DNA of 64,000 nt from an uncultured Clostridia bacterium. Its GTDB lineage: Bacteria; Bacillota; Clostridia; Christensenellales; Borkfalkiaceae. Shown here piece by piece: positions 1 through 9,320 of this stretch. Location of the stretch: NCBI GenBank assembly GCA_959605945.1, contig CAUHGY010000001.1:3413-67412 (forward strand). Direction: 5' to 3'. A program made the position numbers and the translations under genes. The notes under the pieces are model-generated. The model was not told the origin of the DNA. It made no database searches and was given only the letters and a program-made list of their open reading frames with translations. Position 1 is the first letter of the stretch, and the number at the start of each line of letters is the position of its first letter.

Positions 1-2008
1 CGCGATAAAAGATGAAATTCCCGCATTGACCGATGAAATTCTGGCGCTTGCGGAATATATGTGCTCTAAATATTATATAACTCGCGCACAGGCTTTGCGG
101 CTTTTTCTTCCCAGTGAGATGAGAAAAGGAAAAGTACGGGAATTATATGCCGATTTTATATTGACTGCGGAAGATTTTTCTTTGTGCGAAGCTCTCAAAA
201 CCCTTCGGAAATCCGCGCTTAAACAAAAAGAATTGCTTTGTTACGTTTCGGAAAACGGAAAAACGCGAGCATCCGTTTTAAATGAAAAATTCGGAAGAGC
301 TGCGGTAAAAGCTTGCGTTGATAAGGGTTTTTTTAAAATTGTCACAGAAAAAAACATCAGATCTCCTTATAAAGAACTCTGTGCAAGAGATAAAGACGTG
401 ATTCTTACGCCTAAACAGTCCGATGCTGTTAACAGCATAGAAAATACAGATAAGGTTACAACGCTTTTATACGGAGTTACCGGCAGCGGAAAAACGGAAG
501 TTTATCTTAATCTGATAAACAAAGTGATAGAGAAAGGCCGCTCGGCAATTATGATGGTTCCCGAAATTGCTCTTACGCCGCAGATGCTTTCGCAGCTTCG
601 TGCGCGTTTTGGCGACGGCGCTGCAATACTGCACAGCGGTCTTTCCGCCGGAGAACGCTTCGATGAATGGTGGCGTCTAAGAAACGGGGAAGCGGTTATT
701 GCCATCGGTGCGAGAAGCGCGGTATTTGCTCCTGTGGAAAATGTCGGAATCATAATAATCGATGAAGAGCATGACGGCAGTTATACAAGTGAGACCAGTC
801 CGAGATATTCTACTGCCGAAGTTGCGTTGTTCAGGGCAAAATATAACGGGGCAAAGCTCGTTCTCGGAAGCGCAACGCCGTCGGTTGAAAGTTTTATGCT
901 TGCCACAAACGGTATTTATAATCTTGCAGAACTTCCGGACAGAATAAACAAAAAACCTCTTCCGCAAGTAGAGATTGCAGATATGCGGTCGGAAGTCAGG
1001 AGAGGCAATAACACGCCCTTTTCTTCGATATTGAAAGCCGAATTGCAAAATTGTCTCAATAACGGCAATCAGGCAATCATTTTTTTGAACCAGCGCGGAT
1101 ATTCCAAGACGGTAATTTGCACCGAGTGCGGGCACGTGCAGAAATGTTCTTCCTGCGATGTGTCGCTTACATATCATATGGAAGAAAATTCACTGCTCTG
1201 CCACTATTGCGGGGCAAAATATAAGATGATATCGGCGTGTACGGAATGCGGTAGTCCTTTTATTAGGCACGGAGGATTCGGAACGGAAAGAGTCGTTTCG
1301 GAATTGCAAAAATTATTTCCCGGAGCGCGCATTCTGAGAATGGACAGAGATACCACAAAAAACAAGGAGAGTCATTTTAAAATTCTCGGAAGTTTTGCCG
1401 CGAGACAGGCGGATATACTTGTGGGCACGCAGATGATCGCAAAAGGGCACGATTTTCCGTTTGTTACTCTTGTCGGGATACTTGACGCGGACATGAGCCT
1501 GCATTTTTCCGATTATCGCAGCAATGAAAGGACGTTTCAGTTGCTTACGCAGGTTGCGGGAAGAAGCGGCCGTGCGGAAGAAGCGGGAAAAGTGGTTCTT
1601 CAAACTTATTCTCCCGACAATGCGGTTTTAAGGCAAGCTATCCGCTACGATTACGAGAGTTTTTACAGGCATGAGATTTCTGTCAGGAAAGCTACGGCTT
1701 TTCCTCCGTTTACCGATATTGTGAGAGTTCTTATAAAAAGCGAAAACGACGAACAGGCGCTTGCCGTCACCAAAAAAATATACGGGGAGCTGAATATGTT
1801 ATATTTACAGGAAAAGGATAAATTTCGCTTTTTCGGATGTATGAAAGCACCGATAAAAAAATTGCAGAATCAGTTCCGTTATCAGGTGCTTATGCGAATT
1901 AATGCCGGCAACAAGCCGTTGCTTGACAAAATTTTTTCAGCGGTTTCCGATAATAAGACCAGAAACGTTTTTGTTTCGATGGAAGTCAACCCCAATAATC
2001 TGACTTAA
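1..2008 (+). CDS. priA: Primosomal protein N' (replication restart helicase PriA), 5'-truncated by the window edge
   Basis: The frame is open from base 2 with no upstream stop. Walker A GVTGSGKT, DEAH-like IIIDEEH, Cys-rich zinc region CTECGHVQKCSSCDVSLTYH...CHYCG...CTECGS, helicase C motifs GTQMIAKGHDFP and QVAGRSGR. Confidence 0.93.
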   Translation, partial: AIKDEIPALTDEILALAEYMCSKYYITRAQALRLFLPSEMRKGKVRELYADFILTAEDFSLCEALKTLRKSALKQKELLCYVSENGKTRASVLNEKFGRAAVKACVDKGFFKIVTEKNIRSPYKELCARDKDVILTPKQSDAVNSIENTDKVTTLLYGVTGSGKTEVYLNLINKVIEKGRSAIMMVPEIALTPQMLSQLRARFGDGAAILHSGLSAGERFDEWWRLRNGEAVIAIGARSAVFAPVENVGIIIIDEEHDGSYTSETSPRYSTAEVALFRAKYNGAKLVLGSATPSVESFMLATNGIYNLAELPDRINKKPLPQVEIADMRSEVRRGNNTPFSSILKAELQNCLNNGNQAIIFLNQRGYSKTVICTECGHVQKCSSCDVSLTYHMEENSLLCHYCGAKYKMISACTECGSPFIRHGGFGTERVVSELQKLFPGARILRMDRDTTKNKESHFKILGSFAARQADILVGTQMIAKGHDFPFVTLVGILDADMSLHFSDYRSNERTFQLLTQVAGRSGRAEEAGKVVLQTYSPDNAVLRQAIRYDYESFYRHEISVRKATAFPPFTDIVRVLIKSENDEQALAVTKKIYGELNMLYLQEKDKFRFFGCMKAPIKKLQNQFRYQVLMRINAGNKPLLDKIFSAVSDNKTRNVFVSMEVNPNNLT

Positions 2009-2021
2009 AAACGGTGTATTT

Positions 2022-2474
2022 ATGGCAATTAGAAATATTGTTCAGATAGGAGATGAAATTCTCCGCAAAAAAAGTTTTCCCGTGACCGATTTCGGAGAAA
2101 AAACGCATCAGTTGCTTGACGATATGAAACAGACTCTCGATACAACCAACGGACAGGGACTTGCGGCTCCGCAAGCGGGCGTTTTGCGAAGAGCATTTAT
2201 CGTCCATGCCGAAGGTAAGTTTTATGAATGTTTGAATCCCGTGATTGTCAAATCAAGCGGCAAACAGGTCGGTGAGGAGAGATGTTTGTCGGTCCGCGGA
2301 AAATACGGGATAGTGGAGCGGCCCATGGATATAACTCTCGAAGCGCAGGACAGATACGGAAAAAGTTTTACGGTCAGAGCAGAGGGGTTAATGGCGCGTA
2401 TTTTCTGTCACGAATACGATCACCTTGACGGTATTCTGTACGTAGATAAGGCAAATTCCGTTTCGGAGGAGTGA
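2022..2474 (+). CDS. def: Peptide deformylase, copy 1 (motif 2 reads ERCLS instead of EGCLS)
   Basis: 150 aa. PDF motifs GLAAPQ, E-R-C-L-S (Cys88 metal ligand retained, Gly87 replaced by Arg), HEYDH. Confidence 0.9.
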   Translation: MAIRNIVQIGDEILRKKSFPVTDFGEKTHQLLDDMKQTLDTTNGQGLAAPQAGVLRRAFIVHAEGKFYECLNPVIVKSSGKQVGEERCLSVRGKYGIVERPMDITLEAQDRYGKSFTVRAEGLMARIFCHEYDHLDGILYVDKANSVSEE

Positions 2475-2682
2475 TTTTAAGGATGTAAATGTCTGTCAAG
2501 CGGATCTTTTTTCTGCGTTTCAACTATTAGGGAAGTTGAACGTCTAAAATAATTTTTTGTGCCGCAGACATATATTAAATGCTCTAAGGAAGTTGGTAAT
2601 GAGAAATAAACGAGCCGCAGATTAAATCTTTCGATTTTTATGAAAGCTGACCGGCGGTAGACTTATTTTATAAAGGTGTAAA

Positions 2683-3135
2683 ATGGCTATAAGAAATATT
2701 GTTCAGATAGGAGATGAAATTCTCCGCAAAAAAAGTTTTCCCGTGACCGATTTCGGAGAAAAAACACATCAGTTGCTTGACGATATGAGACAGACGCTCG
2801 ACAAGGCTAATGGCGCAGGGCTTGCGGCTCCGCAAGTGGGCATTTTGCGAAGAGCGTTTATCGTTCATGCCGAAGGTAAGTTTTACGAATGTTTGAATCC
2901 CGTGATCGTCAAGACAAGCGGTAAACAGGTCGGTGAAGAGGGGTGTTTGTCTGTTCGCGGCAAGTATGGAATAGTGGAACGCCCCATGAAGGTAACCGTC
3001 AAAGCGCAGAACAGATACGGAAAAAGCTTTACGGTCAAAGCGGAAGGTTTTCTGGCGCGGGCTTTTTGCCATGAAAACGATCATCTTGACGGAGTTTTGT
3101 ATGTTGATAAAGCAACTTCTTTATCGGAGGAATGA
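2683..3135 (+). CDS. def: Peptide deformylase, copy 2 (canonical motifs)
   Basis: 150 aa. GLAAPQ, EGCLS, HENDH. Sits directly upstream of fmt, as in the usual def-fmt pair. Confidence 0.92.
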   Translation: MAIRNIVQIGDEILRKKSFPVTDFGEKTHQLLDDMRQTLDKANGAGLAAPQVGILRRAFIVHAEGKFYECLNPVIVKTSGKQVGEEGCLSVRGKYGIVERPMKVTVKAQNRYGKSFTVKAEGFLARAFCHENDHLDGVLYVDKATSLSEE

Positions 3136-3140
3136 TTTAA

Positions 3141-4073
3141 GTGCTTAAAATAGTCTATCTCGGAACTCCTGAGTTTGCGGTAAAACCTTTTGTGGAGTTA
3201 TTGAGACATAAAGATAAATTCGAAGTATGCGCGGCGGTCACTAATCCGGACAGACCTGTCGGAAGAAAGCAGATAATGACTCCTTCACCGGTAAAACAAG
3301 CGGCGATAAATAACGGCATACGCGTTTTTACTTATGACAAAATAAAGCTCGAAGGCGTCAACGACATGAAAGAACTTTCCCCCGATTTGATGGTTACTTG
3401 CGCGTTCGGGCAGATTCTTTCAAGAGAAATTCTCGATATACCGAGACTCGGGGTAATCAATGTCCATGCTTCGCTTCTTCCTAAGTACAGAGGTGCGTCT
3501 CCCATTCATTACGCCGTTTTAAACGGGGAAAAACAGACCGGTATAACCATTATGAAAACGGATATCGGCATAGATACCGGTGATATTATTTTGCAAAAGA
3601 GTATAGATATAGGCGAACGCGAGACTTGCGGAGAACTTTTCGAAAGGCTTTCGGTTCTGGGGGCAAAATGTTTAATCGATGCGCTGGAACTTATGGAATG
3701 CGGTAAAGCCGTGTATAGAAAACAAGACGATTCTGCCGCCACGCTCACAAAAATGATCAGAAAAGAAGACGCATTAATAGACTGGAATAAATCTGCAGCG
3801 GAAGTTTTTAATGCGATTCGGGCCTTTAACCCCGCGCCGTCGGCGTTCACTTTTCTTGACGGATTGCCGTTAAAGATATTTGAAGCGGAAATAAACTGCG
3901 GAGCAGGTTTGCCGGGCGAAATTATTTGTTGCGACGAAAACAAACTGGAGATTGCCTGCGGAAAAGGGTCGGTTGTCATTAAAAAATTGCAGAAATCGGG
4001 CGGTAAAGAAATGACGGCGCAGGATTTTTTGAGGGGCAATAAACTTGTGAAAGGCAGCTTTTTGGGTAAATGA
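3141..4073 (+). CDS. fmt: Methionyl-tRNA formyltransferase
   Basis: GTG start after a GGAGG. Motif HASLLPKYRGASPI. Conserved def-fmt synteny. Confidence 0.93.
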   Translation: MLKIVYLGTPEFAVKPFVELLRHKDKFEVCAAVTNPDRPVGRKQIMTPSPVKQAAINNGIRVFTYDKIKLEGVNDMKELSPDLMVTCAFGQILSREILDIPRLGVINVHASLLPKYRGASPIHYAVLNGEKQTGITIMKTDIGIDTGDIILQKSIDIGERETCGELFERLSVLGAKCLIDALELMECGKAVYRKQDDSAATLTKMIRKEDALIDWNKSAAEVFNAIRAFNPAPSAFTFLDGLPLKIFEAEINCGAGLPGEIICCDENKLEIACGKGSVVIKKLQKSGGKEMTAQDFLRGNKLVKGSFLGK

Positions 4074-5314
4074 TTAATTATTTTTATGACTGCTATCAAA
4101 TTTTATGTAAGGTATACAGCGACAAAACGTTTTTAAAACAAGCTATTTCCGAAACCGTTATCGAGGAAAAAAACAGAGCTTTGACGGTTAAAACCTGTTA
4201 CGGTGTGCTTGATAAGGACATAGAGCTTTCTTATTACATAAGCTGTCTTACAGAAAAAACTCCCAAACAGGCAATACGAACGGTGCTTAAAATTGCTATG
4301 TATGCGGTTAAGTATCTCGAAAAGCACATATATGCCGTTACGCAAAATGCCGTCGAATTGGTAAAGAAACTGGGTAAGGGCGGTGCTGCGGGATTTGTCA
4401 ATGCGTTTTTGCGGAGATTTTCTTTTGCAAAATTTGTTTTTCCTTCAGATCCGATAAAAAGTTTAAGCATAAGGTATTCTTATCCCGAGTTTGCTATAAA
4501 AAAACTTGCGGATTATTATGGGTTAGAGCGTGCCGAGAAAATTATAGCGGCTGAAAACGTGGCAACTTGTTTGTCTTTTTTTGAAACGGACGGCGAAGAA
4601 TATCTAAAAAAATTAAATATAAATTATGAAAATACTCCTTTTGATAATGTATTTACGGCGAAAAATTTTGTAAGAAACAGCGATTACGACAAAGGTATAT
4701 ATACATTCCAGGCGTTGGGATCGGTTGCTATATGCGATGTGGTGGAAAGAGGGGGCTCTCTTTTGGACAGCTGTGCCGCTCCCGGGGGCAAAAGCGTAAG
4801 ATTGTCTTATAAATTCGACAAAGTTACTTCATGGGATATTCATCCGCATAGGGTGGAGCTTATACGTGAATACAAAGAAAGAATGAGGCGCGATAATATT
4901 TTTGCGGAAGTCAGAGATGCGAAAATTTATGACGCAAAATATGAAAAAGCTTTCGATGCCGTTTTGTGCGATGCGCCGTGCAGCGGGTTCGGGGTCGTGG
5001 GGGATAATCCGGATATTAAACTGAACAGGGAAGAAAAAAATGTAAATTCGCTTATAAAAGAGCAGCTTGCAATACTTAAAACAGTGTCCCGATATGTAAA
5101 AAAAGGCGGCAGCCTTTATTATTCTACGTGTTCGATTTTCCCTTGTGAAAATATAATGATTATCGATAAGTTTATGTCTGACATAAAAGGATTTGAATTG
5201 CAGGATATATCAAGTCCGCTGGCAAATATCAAAATTAACGGCAGTTTGCAGTTCTTGCCGGATATTTCCGAAGGACAAGGTTTTTATATAGCTAAGCTAA
5301 AGAGAGTAAAGTGA
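4070..5314 (+). CDS. rsmB: 16S rRNA (cytosine967-C5)-methyltransferase RsmB/Sun
   Basis: ATGA overlap with fmt. SAM and catalytic motifs DSCAAPGGKS, DAPCSGFGV, YSTCS. Confidence 0.88.
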   Translation: MINYFYDCYQILCKVYSDKTFLKQAISETVIEEKNRALTVKTCYGVLDKDIELSYYISCLTEKTPKQAIRTVLKIAMYAVKYLEKHIYAVTQNAVELVKKLGKGGAAGFVNAFLRRFSFAKFVFPSDPIKSLSIRYSYPEFAIKKLADYYGLERAEKIIAAENVATCLSFFETDGEEYLKKLNINYENTPFDNVFTAKNFVRNSDYDKGIYTFQALGSVAICDVVERGGSLLDSCAAPGGKSVRLSYKFDKVTSWDIHPHRVELIREYKERMRRDNIFAEVRDAKIYDAKYEKAFDAVLCDAPCSGFGVVGDNPDIKLNREEKNVNSLIKEQLAILKTVSRYVKKGGSLYYSTCSIFPCENIMIIDKFMSDIKGFELQDISSPLANIKINGSLQFLPDISEGQGFYIAKLKRVK

Positions 5315-6381
5315 TTTTGAAAGAATGTCTTTTAGATTTCGGAAAAGAAAAAGTTAAAGAAACGTTGCTTGAGGAAGGTGAAAAAGGTTATCGCGCGGAT
5401 CAGATTTTTAAATCGATTCACGCGGGTCTTGAATTTGCCGATATGACGGACTTGCCCCTTAAACTTCGCCGAAAACTTTCTGAAAAATATATTGCGCAGC
5501 CTGCAGTCATTATTAAAATTCTGAAATCATCGGACGGCACGGAAAAATTTCTCTATAAACTCTGCGACGGCAACGTGGTCGAAGGCGTTCTTATGAAGTA
5601 TAAATACGGGCATACGCTTTGTGTTTCCACTCAGGTAGGGTGCCGCATGAATTGCGCTTTTTGCGCTTCGGGACTCAGCGGCCTCATTAGAAACCTTTCG
5701 TCAGGAGAAATATTGGGTCAAATTGTTGCGGCAAATGCCTATTGCGGCGGAGGGCTCGGTGATAAAAGGGCAATAGTCAACGTTGTGCTGATGGGTAGCG
5801 GCGAGCCTTTTGACAATTACCGCAACACGGTTGATTTTATAAGATCGGCGTCTGAAAAAGGAGGCATAAATATCAGTCCGCGAAATATCAGCCTTTCTAC
5901 ATGCGGGCTTGTCCCCGAGATGAAAAAATTTGCTGACGAGAATTTAGCGGTCAATTTGACGGTTTCGTTGCACTCGCCGTTTGACGAAGAGCGAAAATTG
6001 ATTATGCCGGTTGCGAAAAAGTATAAAATTGACGATATTTTGTCGGCTTGTTCCTATTATTTTGATAAGACGGGCCGCAGATATATTTTCGAATACGTGT
6101 TAATAAAAGGGCGGAACGACTCTCAAAGGCATTCCGAAATGTTGATAAAACTTCTCAAAGGCAGACCCTGTCATGTAAATTTGATAAGACTTAATGAAGT
6201 TAAAGAACGAAATCTTATCGCGGCGGATGATAAAGCGGCTTACAGGTTTCTCGGCATGCTTGAAAAAGGCGGGCTTTCGGCCACGCTCAGAAGGCGCATG
6301 GGCGCCGATATAGACGGCGCTTGCGGGCAGCTGCGCCAAAGATATATAGAGGAGAACGGCATTGACGGGGCAGGTTTATGA
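5311..6381 (+). CDS. rlmN: Radical-SAM 23S rRNA/tRNA (adenine-C2)-methyltransferase RlmN
   Basis: CRMNCAFCAS radical-SAM cluster motif, GSGEP. Synteny after rsmB. Confidence 0.92.
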   Translation: MILKECLLDFGKEKVKETLLEEGEKGYRADQIFKSIHAGLEFADMTDLPLKLRRKLSEKYIAQPAVIIKILKSSDGTEKFLYKLCDGNVVEGVLMKYKYGHTLCVSTQVGCRMNCAFCASGLSGLIRNLSSGEILGQIVAANAYCGGGLGDKRAIVNVVLMGSGEPFDNYRNTVDFIRSASEKGGINISPRNISLSTCGLVPEMKKFADENLAVNLTVSLHSPFDEERKLIMPVAKKYKIDDILSACSYYFDKTGRRYIFEYVLIKGRNDSQRHSEMLIKLLKGRPCHVNLIRLNEVKERNLIAADDKAAYRFLGMLEKGGLSATLRRRMGADIDGACGQLRQRYIEENGIDGAGL

Positions 6382-7213
6382 AATTCAGTCATCAAAATAT
6401 ACTGTTTTTTGTGACGGAAAGTTTTATCTATGCGTGGCAAGGGGGCTTTTAAAAATTAAAAGCCGGGGAATTGCCGTCGGCGATTTCGTGGAGTTTGACG
6501 GCGAAATAATCGCCCGCGTTCTTCCGCGTAAAAATCTTTTAACCCGCCCGCTTCTCGCCAATGCCGATCAGGTTATCATTGTTGTTTCTCCCGTACCTAA
6601 ACCCGATTTCTATCTTATAGACAAATTGATTGTCAATGCGGAATATTCGGGACTGAAAGTTTTGATTGCTGTGAACAAATCCGATTTATCGGGCGATCTT
6701 TACGATATCGTTAAAAATGAGTACGGGGAATGCGGTATGCCGATTTTAAAAATCAGCAGCAAAGACTGTTGCGGAATTGAAGAATTAAAACGGTTCGCTT
6801 TAGGGAAATTAAGTCTCCTTGCGGGGCAAAGCGCTGCCGGTAAGACTTCGATAGTCAATGCTTTGTTCGGAACTTTTCTGAAAACCGGTGACGTAAGCAG
6901 CAAAACGGAAAGAGGAAAGCATACGACGACTTTTTCGAAAATTTATGAAAAGGGCGGTGTAATGGTAGCGGATACGCCGGGTTTCGCAGTTATCGACGCG
7001 GCGGTTAAATCTCATGAGCTGCCTGCGTTTTATCCCGAATACGCTAAGCTTGAATCACATTGTAAGTTCAGAGGATGCAGCCATATAACCGAACCCGATT
7101 GCGCCGTAATATCCGCAGTGGAGCGCGGCGATCTGTCACGGCGGAGATATGAAAGATATAAAGAAATGATAAAAGAATTGAAATTAAAGGAGAAATATTA
7201 TGAAAAAAATTAA
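6362..7213 (+). CDS. rsgA: Ribosome small-subunit-dependent GTPase A (RsgA/CpgA)
   Basis: TTG start overlapping the rlmN end by 20 nt. Circularly permuted GTPase motifs VNKSDL then GQSAAGKTS. C-terminal zinc knuckle CKFRGCSHITEPDC. Confidence 0.9.
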   Translation: MTGQVYEIQSSKYTVFCDGKFYLCVARGLLKIKSRGIAVGDFVEFDGEIIARVLPRKNLLTRPLLANADQVIIVVSPVPKPDFYLIDKLIVNAEYSGLKVLIAVNKSDLSGDLYDIVKNEYGECGMPILKISSKDCCGIEELKRFALGKLSLLAGQSAAGKTSIVNALFGTFLKTGDVSSKTERGKHTTTFSKIYEKGGVMVADTPGFAVIDAAVKSHELPAFYPEYAKLESHCKFRGCSHITEPDCAVISAVERGDLSRRRYERYKEMIKELKLKEKYYEKN

Positions 7214-7856
7214 AATTGCCCCGTCTATACTGTCGGCGGATTTTGCGCGTGCGGGCGAAGAAGTCAAAAATATTACGATAAACGGCGCAGACGTGATTCA
7301 CATCGACGTTATGGACGGCAGTTTCGTAAAAAATATTTCCTTCGGCCCCAAATTCGTAAAAGAAATAAGACCGTATTCGTCTGCCGTGTTCGACACCCAT
7401 CTGATGATAGTAAAACCGTGGAATTATATAAATCAGTTTGCCGATGCGGGTGCGGATATAATAACGGTACATTATGAAGCCTGCGGAGACAGACTTAAAG
7501 AGACTTTAAGAGCCATAAAAAATTTGGGAATCAGGTGCGGCGCCGTCATTAATCCCGATACGCCGGTCAGTGCAATAGAAAATGTAATCGATGAGTGCGA
7601 CATGCTTCTGTTGATGAGTGTTTTTCCCGGTTTCGGAGGACAGAAATTCATTCCTGAAGTTCTGAAAAAAATAGAAGAAGCGGCAGAGTTGATAGTGAAA
7701 ACCGGAAAAGATATAGATCTTGAAATTGACGGCGGAATCACTAAAGAAAATGTGAGAGCTTGCAAAAATGCCGGAGCGAACGTCATAGTGGCGGGGAGCA
7801 CGGTTTTTAATGAAAAGGACAGAGCGAAAATTATAAAAGAACTGCGCGAGATTTAA
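7200..7856 (+). CDS. rpe: Ribulose-phosphate 3-epimerase
   Basis: IHIDVMDG, MSVFPGFGGQKF, EIDGGI. RBS AAAGGAG upstream. Confidence 0.93.
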   Translation: MKKIKIAPSILSADFARAGEEVKNITINGADVIHIDVMDGSFVKNISFGPKFVKEIRPYSSAVFDTHLMIVKPWNYINQFADAGADIITVHYEACGDRLKETLRAIKNLGIRCGAVINPDTPVSAIENVIDECDMLLLMSVFPGFGGQKFIPEVLKKIEEAAELIVKTGKDIDLEIDGGITKENVRACKNAGANVIVAGSTVFNEKDRAKIIKELREI

Positions 7857-7910
7857 TTTTAAGTTATCACTTTCGGTTTTTTCGGCATATAATATGAATG
7901 TGAGGTATAT

Positions 7911-7997
7911 ATGAAGATTATTTGTATTAAACCGCCAGCGGTTATCAGAAAATTTTTACGCCTTATTTTCCATAAAAAACTGAAAGAAGAGATTTGA
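7911..7997 (+). CDS. Unannotated 28-aa basic micro-ORF (MKIICIKPPAVIRKFLRLIFHKKLKEEI), hypothetical
   Basis: GAGGT RBS 5 nt upstream of the ATG, a TATAAT at 7888-7893, and a perfect 19-bp terminator hairpin starting 10 nt after the stop. It falls below the ORF-track length cutoff. Confidence 0.3.
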   Translation: MKIICIKPPAVIRKFLRLIFHKKLKEEI

Positions 7998-8007
7998 AAT
8001 ACTTAAC

Positions 8008-8049
8008 ACCAGCAAAAAGACCGCTTATTAAAGCGGTCTTTTTGCTGGT
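8008..8049. terminator. Bidirectional rho-independent terminator between convergent genes
   Basis: Perfect 19-bp inverted repeat ACCAGCAAAAAGACCGCTT / AAGCGGTCTTTTTGCTGGT with a 4-nt loop. A/T runs lie inside both arms. Confidence 0.85.
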
Positions 8050-8135
8050 CAAAATATTATTTTTGTTTTTATAATTAAGTTAAACGCAGCGCTCTCGGCG
8101 TCGATGCATCTGCCATTAATTACAGGATTTTGCAA

Positions 8136-9155
8136 CTATATAAGATCTACTATAGTTTCGTAGATTTTACCGTCTTTGTCGAGTTTTTCTTTCATTTTAT
8201 CAAAAGTGTCCGGTATGTTTTCATAGGACGACGCATCGAGCTTGAGATGTGAAAAATCGAGAGCTTTATTGGCAATTATATTTATGCTGGCCGCAGTATT
8301 CCCGAAACCGTTGTTTATACAGTGAATATCAAGCTGTTTTTTGACTGCCTGAGAAAAGGAGATAGGGTTGTTTTTGTAGGAAACGCCGGTGAAAGCGACT
8401 TTTGCATTGAATGCCGCCGCGGCAAAGGCTTTGCTTGTGGGAATATTACAATCCGAAATATAAACAACGCTTCCCGTCATTCTGCCGCCTGTGATCGAAG
8501 TAACTTCTTTTTGCCAGTTGTCTTCTGCGCCGAGCACGTAATAAATCCCCGAATCTTTGGCTATTTTAAAGTCTTCTTCGTCGGTTGTCATAACAATGGG
8601 GACCGCCTGATAATAGATAAGCAGCTGTGCGAGAATATTTCCGAAGTTGTTTGCGCCTATTATGGCAACATAATCTCCTTTCTGAACATTCAGCTTGTCG
8701 ACAACCGACAGCGCGAGAGAAATGTGACTTATAAATAACGCTTCGAAATCGGAAACGCTTTCGGGCAGAATAAACAGTTTATCAGGTTCAAGAGAGGTAA
8801 AATCGCATAAAAATCCGTCAAAATCTTCTCCTGCAACCATCAGTGCGGTGCATTTATTCTTTTCGCCGTTTTTGCAATTGTAGCAATTTCCGCACGGGCG
8901 CGTAGGCTCGATATATACATGTTTGCCTTTTTCCAAACCGAAAAGGTTGGTGTTGGTTTCGCTGACTATTCCTATCCCGTAACTTCCTAAAACAACGTTT
9001 TCGGCAAAAATGTCTCCCGTATACCTTAAAATATCCGAGAGGGTAATCAACACCTTGGTAATTTTGACTTTGGAACAAGCAAGTTCCGATTTTTCTGCGT
9101 CGGCAATCTCGCTTTCAGACAAGGTCAAAGGTTTTAAAATTTTCCAGCCTTTCAT
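8136..9155 (-). CDS. Medium-chain dehydrogenase/reductase (zinc-ADH-like) family protein with a degenerate active site
   Basis: MDR fold layout. Structural-Zn Cys cluster CGNCYNCKNGEKNKC is present. The catalytic Cys/His positions read LSDILRY and GSYGIG instead of C..H and GHE. The Rossmann glycine motif reads GANNFG. Confidence 0.6.
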   Translation of the reverse strand: MKGWKILKPLTLSESEIADAEKSELACSKVKITKVLITLSDILRYTGDIFAENVVLGSYGIGIVSETNTNLFGLEKGKHVYIEPTRPCGNCYNCKNGEKNKCTALMVAGEDFDGFLCDFTSLEPDKLFILPESVSDFEALFISHISLALSVVDKLNVQKGDYVAIIGANNFGNILAQLLIYYQAVPIVMTTDEEDFKIAKDSGIYYVLGAEDNWQKEVTSITGGRMTGSVVYISDCNIPTSKAFAAAAFNAKVAFTGVSYKNNPISFSQAVKKQLDIHCINNGFGNTAASINIIANKALDFSHLKLDASSYENIPDTFDKMKEKLDKDGKIYETIVDLI

Positions 9156-9320
9156 AATATCTCCGTAAAATTTCTTGCGGCTTCAGTTAAACCGCAGTAC
9201 GTACAGTCAAGCCGAAACTTACTACATTATATTATATTTCTGAAAAAAATGCAAGCAATTTAAATACGGGATAAGTTTTAAAAGAATTTCAAAAAATGCA
9301 GAAATTACCGTCGTTTATAG

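Larger units (their letters stand above)
2022..3135 (+). repeat. Tandem duplication of the def gene (two 453-nt copies separated by a 208-nt spacer)
   Basis: The first ~110 nt of the two copies differ at only about 4 positions by eye. The proteins are roughly 83% identical, with differences concentrated after residue 35. Confidence 0.85.

Noticed and set aside
502-1603. Antisense ORFs inside priA (502-753, 677-1177, 1313-1603 minus; 762-947 plus, alternate frame)
   Set aside because: They are fully embedded in a gene with strong family motifs and have no RBS. Their Arg/Ser/Cys-rich translations are typical of shadow frames.
2475-2682. The spacer between the two def copies as a regulatory RNA or micro-ORF (MSVKRIFFLRFNY)
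   Set aside because: No RBS, no conserved motif and no convincing structure. It is most simply duplication-junction DNA.
3509-4470. Minus-strand ORFs opposite fmt and rsmB (3509-4099, 4133-4345, 4234-4470)
   Set aside because: Shadow ORFs opposite well-supported CDSs, with no independent signals.
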